From Psammoneis japonica (lineage: Eukaryota), in NCBI GenBank assembly GCA_008632985.1, contig QPGO01000012.1, positions 372,001 to 436,000 of the forward strand: a stretch of DNA of 64,000 bases, given 5' to 3'. The notes under the pieces are model-generated. The model searched no databases and was not told the origin of the DNA. It saw only the letters and a list, made by a program, of their open reading frames with translations. Shown in pieces: positions 62,352 to 64,000 of this stretch. Both the position numbers and the translations under genes were made by a program. Every line of letters begins with the position of its first letter. Positions within the stretch are counted from its first letter, which is position 1.

Positions 62352-63895
62352 ATGGCAGCAGCGGCAGCACCAGCAGCAGCACTTGCGGCGTCAGCCGCGG
62401 CAGCTGACGTTGACGCAGTTTTGCAAGTTTGTGGTGTTGCTGACCAGAACGCAAGGGCGAGGTTGGTCTTCCATGAAGGGTCCACGACTTTGGAAAACAT
62501 CGCAGTGATGGAGAGTGACCACGATGTGGAAGATGTGGCACAGAGGGCGTCTCGTCGCACGGTGGCCGACGGATGTGTGACTCTTGGGACTGTTCAGATC
62601 AAGAACTTACAGGCGCCAGTGTGGTGGTGCCAGGATTTGCTCAAACAGAATCAGCCATTGGTTGCGGCAGACTTTAATGCAGCAGCTGTGGCTGCGGCCC
62701 GGGATGGCAGGCACATCGAAAAGGAGCGCACGGATTCGGACGCGTCGGTGAGCGGTCTCGTAAAGTTCAAGCCCGATGACTTCAATGTGTGCGAAGATGC
62801 TTTCTTGAATCTCTTGGCACAGAAATTTGGCGTGTTGAAAGAACCCCTTGCCATGTCGTAAGGACAATGCCAGCTCCGGCTGCATTCACGGATGCTCAAC
62901 AACAGTGCACGCACCAGATGCCATTGAATGGTGCCACATGTGACGAGGACAACCGCAGCGTTTGCCATGTGTTGAAGGAACACTTGGTCGACACGGCAGG
63001 ATGGGCATGGATTGAACCGTTTGACGCGACAGAAGACGGACGTGGAGCATTCAACACATGGGTTGACCATTGCAATGGACAGGGTGAGTTGAGCAAGCGC
63101 ATCCATCTGGCTGCGGGAACTGTTGAAACCTTGTTTTGTAAAAAGGAAGGATCGCTCCCGTTCGAAAAGTTCAATGAGAAACTTGCCAGTGCTTTCGCCA
63201 CTTTGAACAAATCACCGGACGACCGCAAATCTGAACGACAGAAAGTTGACATTCTTCTAAAAGGGATCCGAACGGATGACACTCGTCTCATTGCAGCAAC
63301 GGCTGTCATCAGCAGTCAGCACCCACGTGACTTCGCGGGGGCATGTGCTTGTTTCTCATCCGAAGTCTCTCATTTGCACGCAGGTGCTCAGTTGGAAGCC
63401 CGGCATCACTCGAAGCGCAAGATTTCTGAAATGAGCCGTGGTGGCGGTGGTGGCCGCGGTTTTTATCAAGGTCGCGGTTGCGGAGGAAGATTTGGACGTG
63501 GGGGTGGACGCGGACGCGGTGGTGGCCATCAAGGCAGAGGTGGCGACCACACTACGATGATCAATGGAGTCGATGCATCCAACCCCACAAGGAGCTTTAG
63601 TGCTCAAGAATGGGAAAAGTCACAGTGTGATGGAGGCATGAGCCACGTGTTCCAAGCTCGCGAACGAATGGGTCATGGACGCGGTGGTGGCCGTGGGTCT
63701 CCCGCAGGTCGACAAGGACGCGATGGGGGCGGCAGGCATGCAGCTGAAGCCCAAGTCCATCAAGATGGCCAAGGCCAAACCCAACAACAGGATCAGGAGC
63801 AAAGGAGCAGCGGGCGTGGACGCGGCGCTGACCGGGATCGCGGTGGACGCAATGGACGTGCCTTCGGTCGGGGAGCCTACAATGGTTCCACCTGA
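62352..63895 (+). mobile_element. Copia-type (diatom CoDi-like) gag, nearly full length, one frameshift near 62850
   Basis: PL.HVVR (PLxYVxR), GATCDEDNRSVCHVLKEHL, DGRGAF, DHCNGQGELSKR (HYxGxGE), TLFCKKEGSLPFEKF (LxYKxE..FE.F), and an RGG-rich nucleic-acid-binding tail. LTR not delimited. Confidence 0.82.
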
Positions 63896-64000
63896 CTCCT
63901 TGGGGTGGCAACAGCCACTGGAGCATTGGCGCACTTGGTGCACTTGTCGTTTTTGCTTGTGTCACTCTTCTTGCTGTTGGCCAGGCCCCACCCAACATCT

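Larger units (their letters stand above)
54970..64000. other. TpA-depleted hypermutated domain 4
   Basis: TA is rare from about 54970 onward. CpG is lost in 55.5-61.7 kb but retained in 61.8-64 kb. Confidence 0.93.

Overview
Eukaryotic genomic DNA, most likely from a pennate diatom (inferred from a signal peptide plus ASAFAP-like plastid targeting on an NFU gene, short GT-AG introns, and CoDi-type copia gag). The window alternates between two kinds of DNA. (1) Normal genic islands at about 24.9-37.0 kb (degenerate MYND gene, plastid NFU, SIN3, Jupiter/HN1-like, two hypotheticals), 44.9-47.7 kb (protein kinase) and 51.4-54.5 kb (S41 peptidase). (2) Transposon-derived domains at about 1-24.8, 37.1-44.5, 47.7-51.4 and 55.0-64.0 kb, holding a Helitron RepHel with a long adjacent gene array, copia gag/RT remnants, a 4-bp-TSD MITE family and foldback elements. 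The main finding is that the transposon domains have lost almost all TpA dinucleotides, converted to TpG/CpA (A:T->G:C on both strands), with survivors mostly in YTAR contexts. Conserved Tyr codons have become Cys or His, including the RT catalytic YVDD->HVDD. The effect has sharp borders next to host genes and is separable from CpG decay. It looks like a mirror image of fungal RIP: a candidate adenine-directed (or thymine-directed) repeat-inactivating hypermutation system. All counts given are hand counts, and protein assignments rest on motif recognition without database searches.
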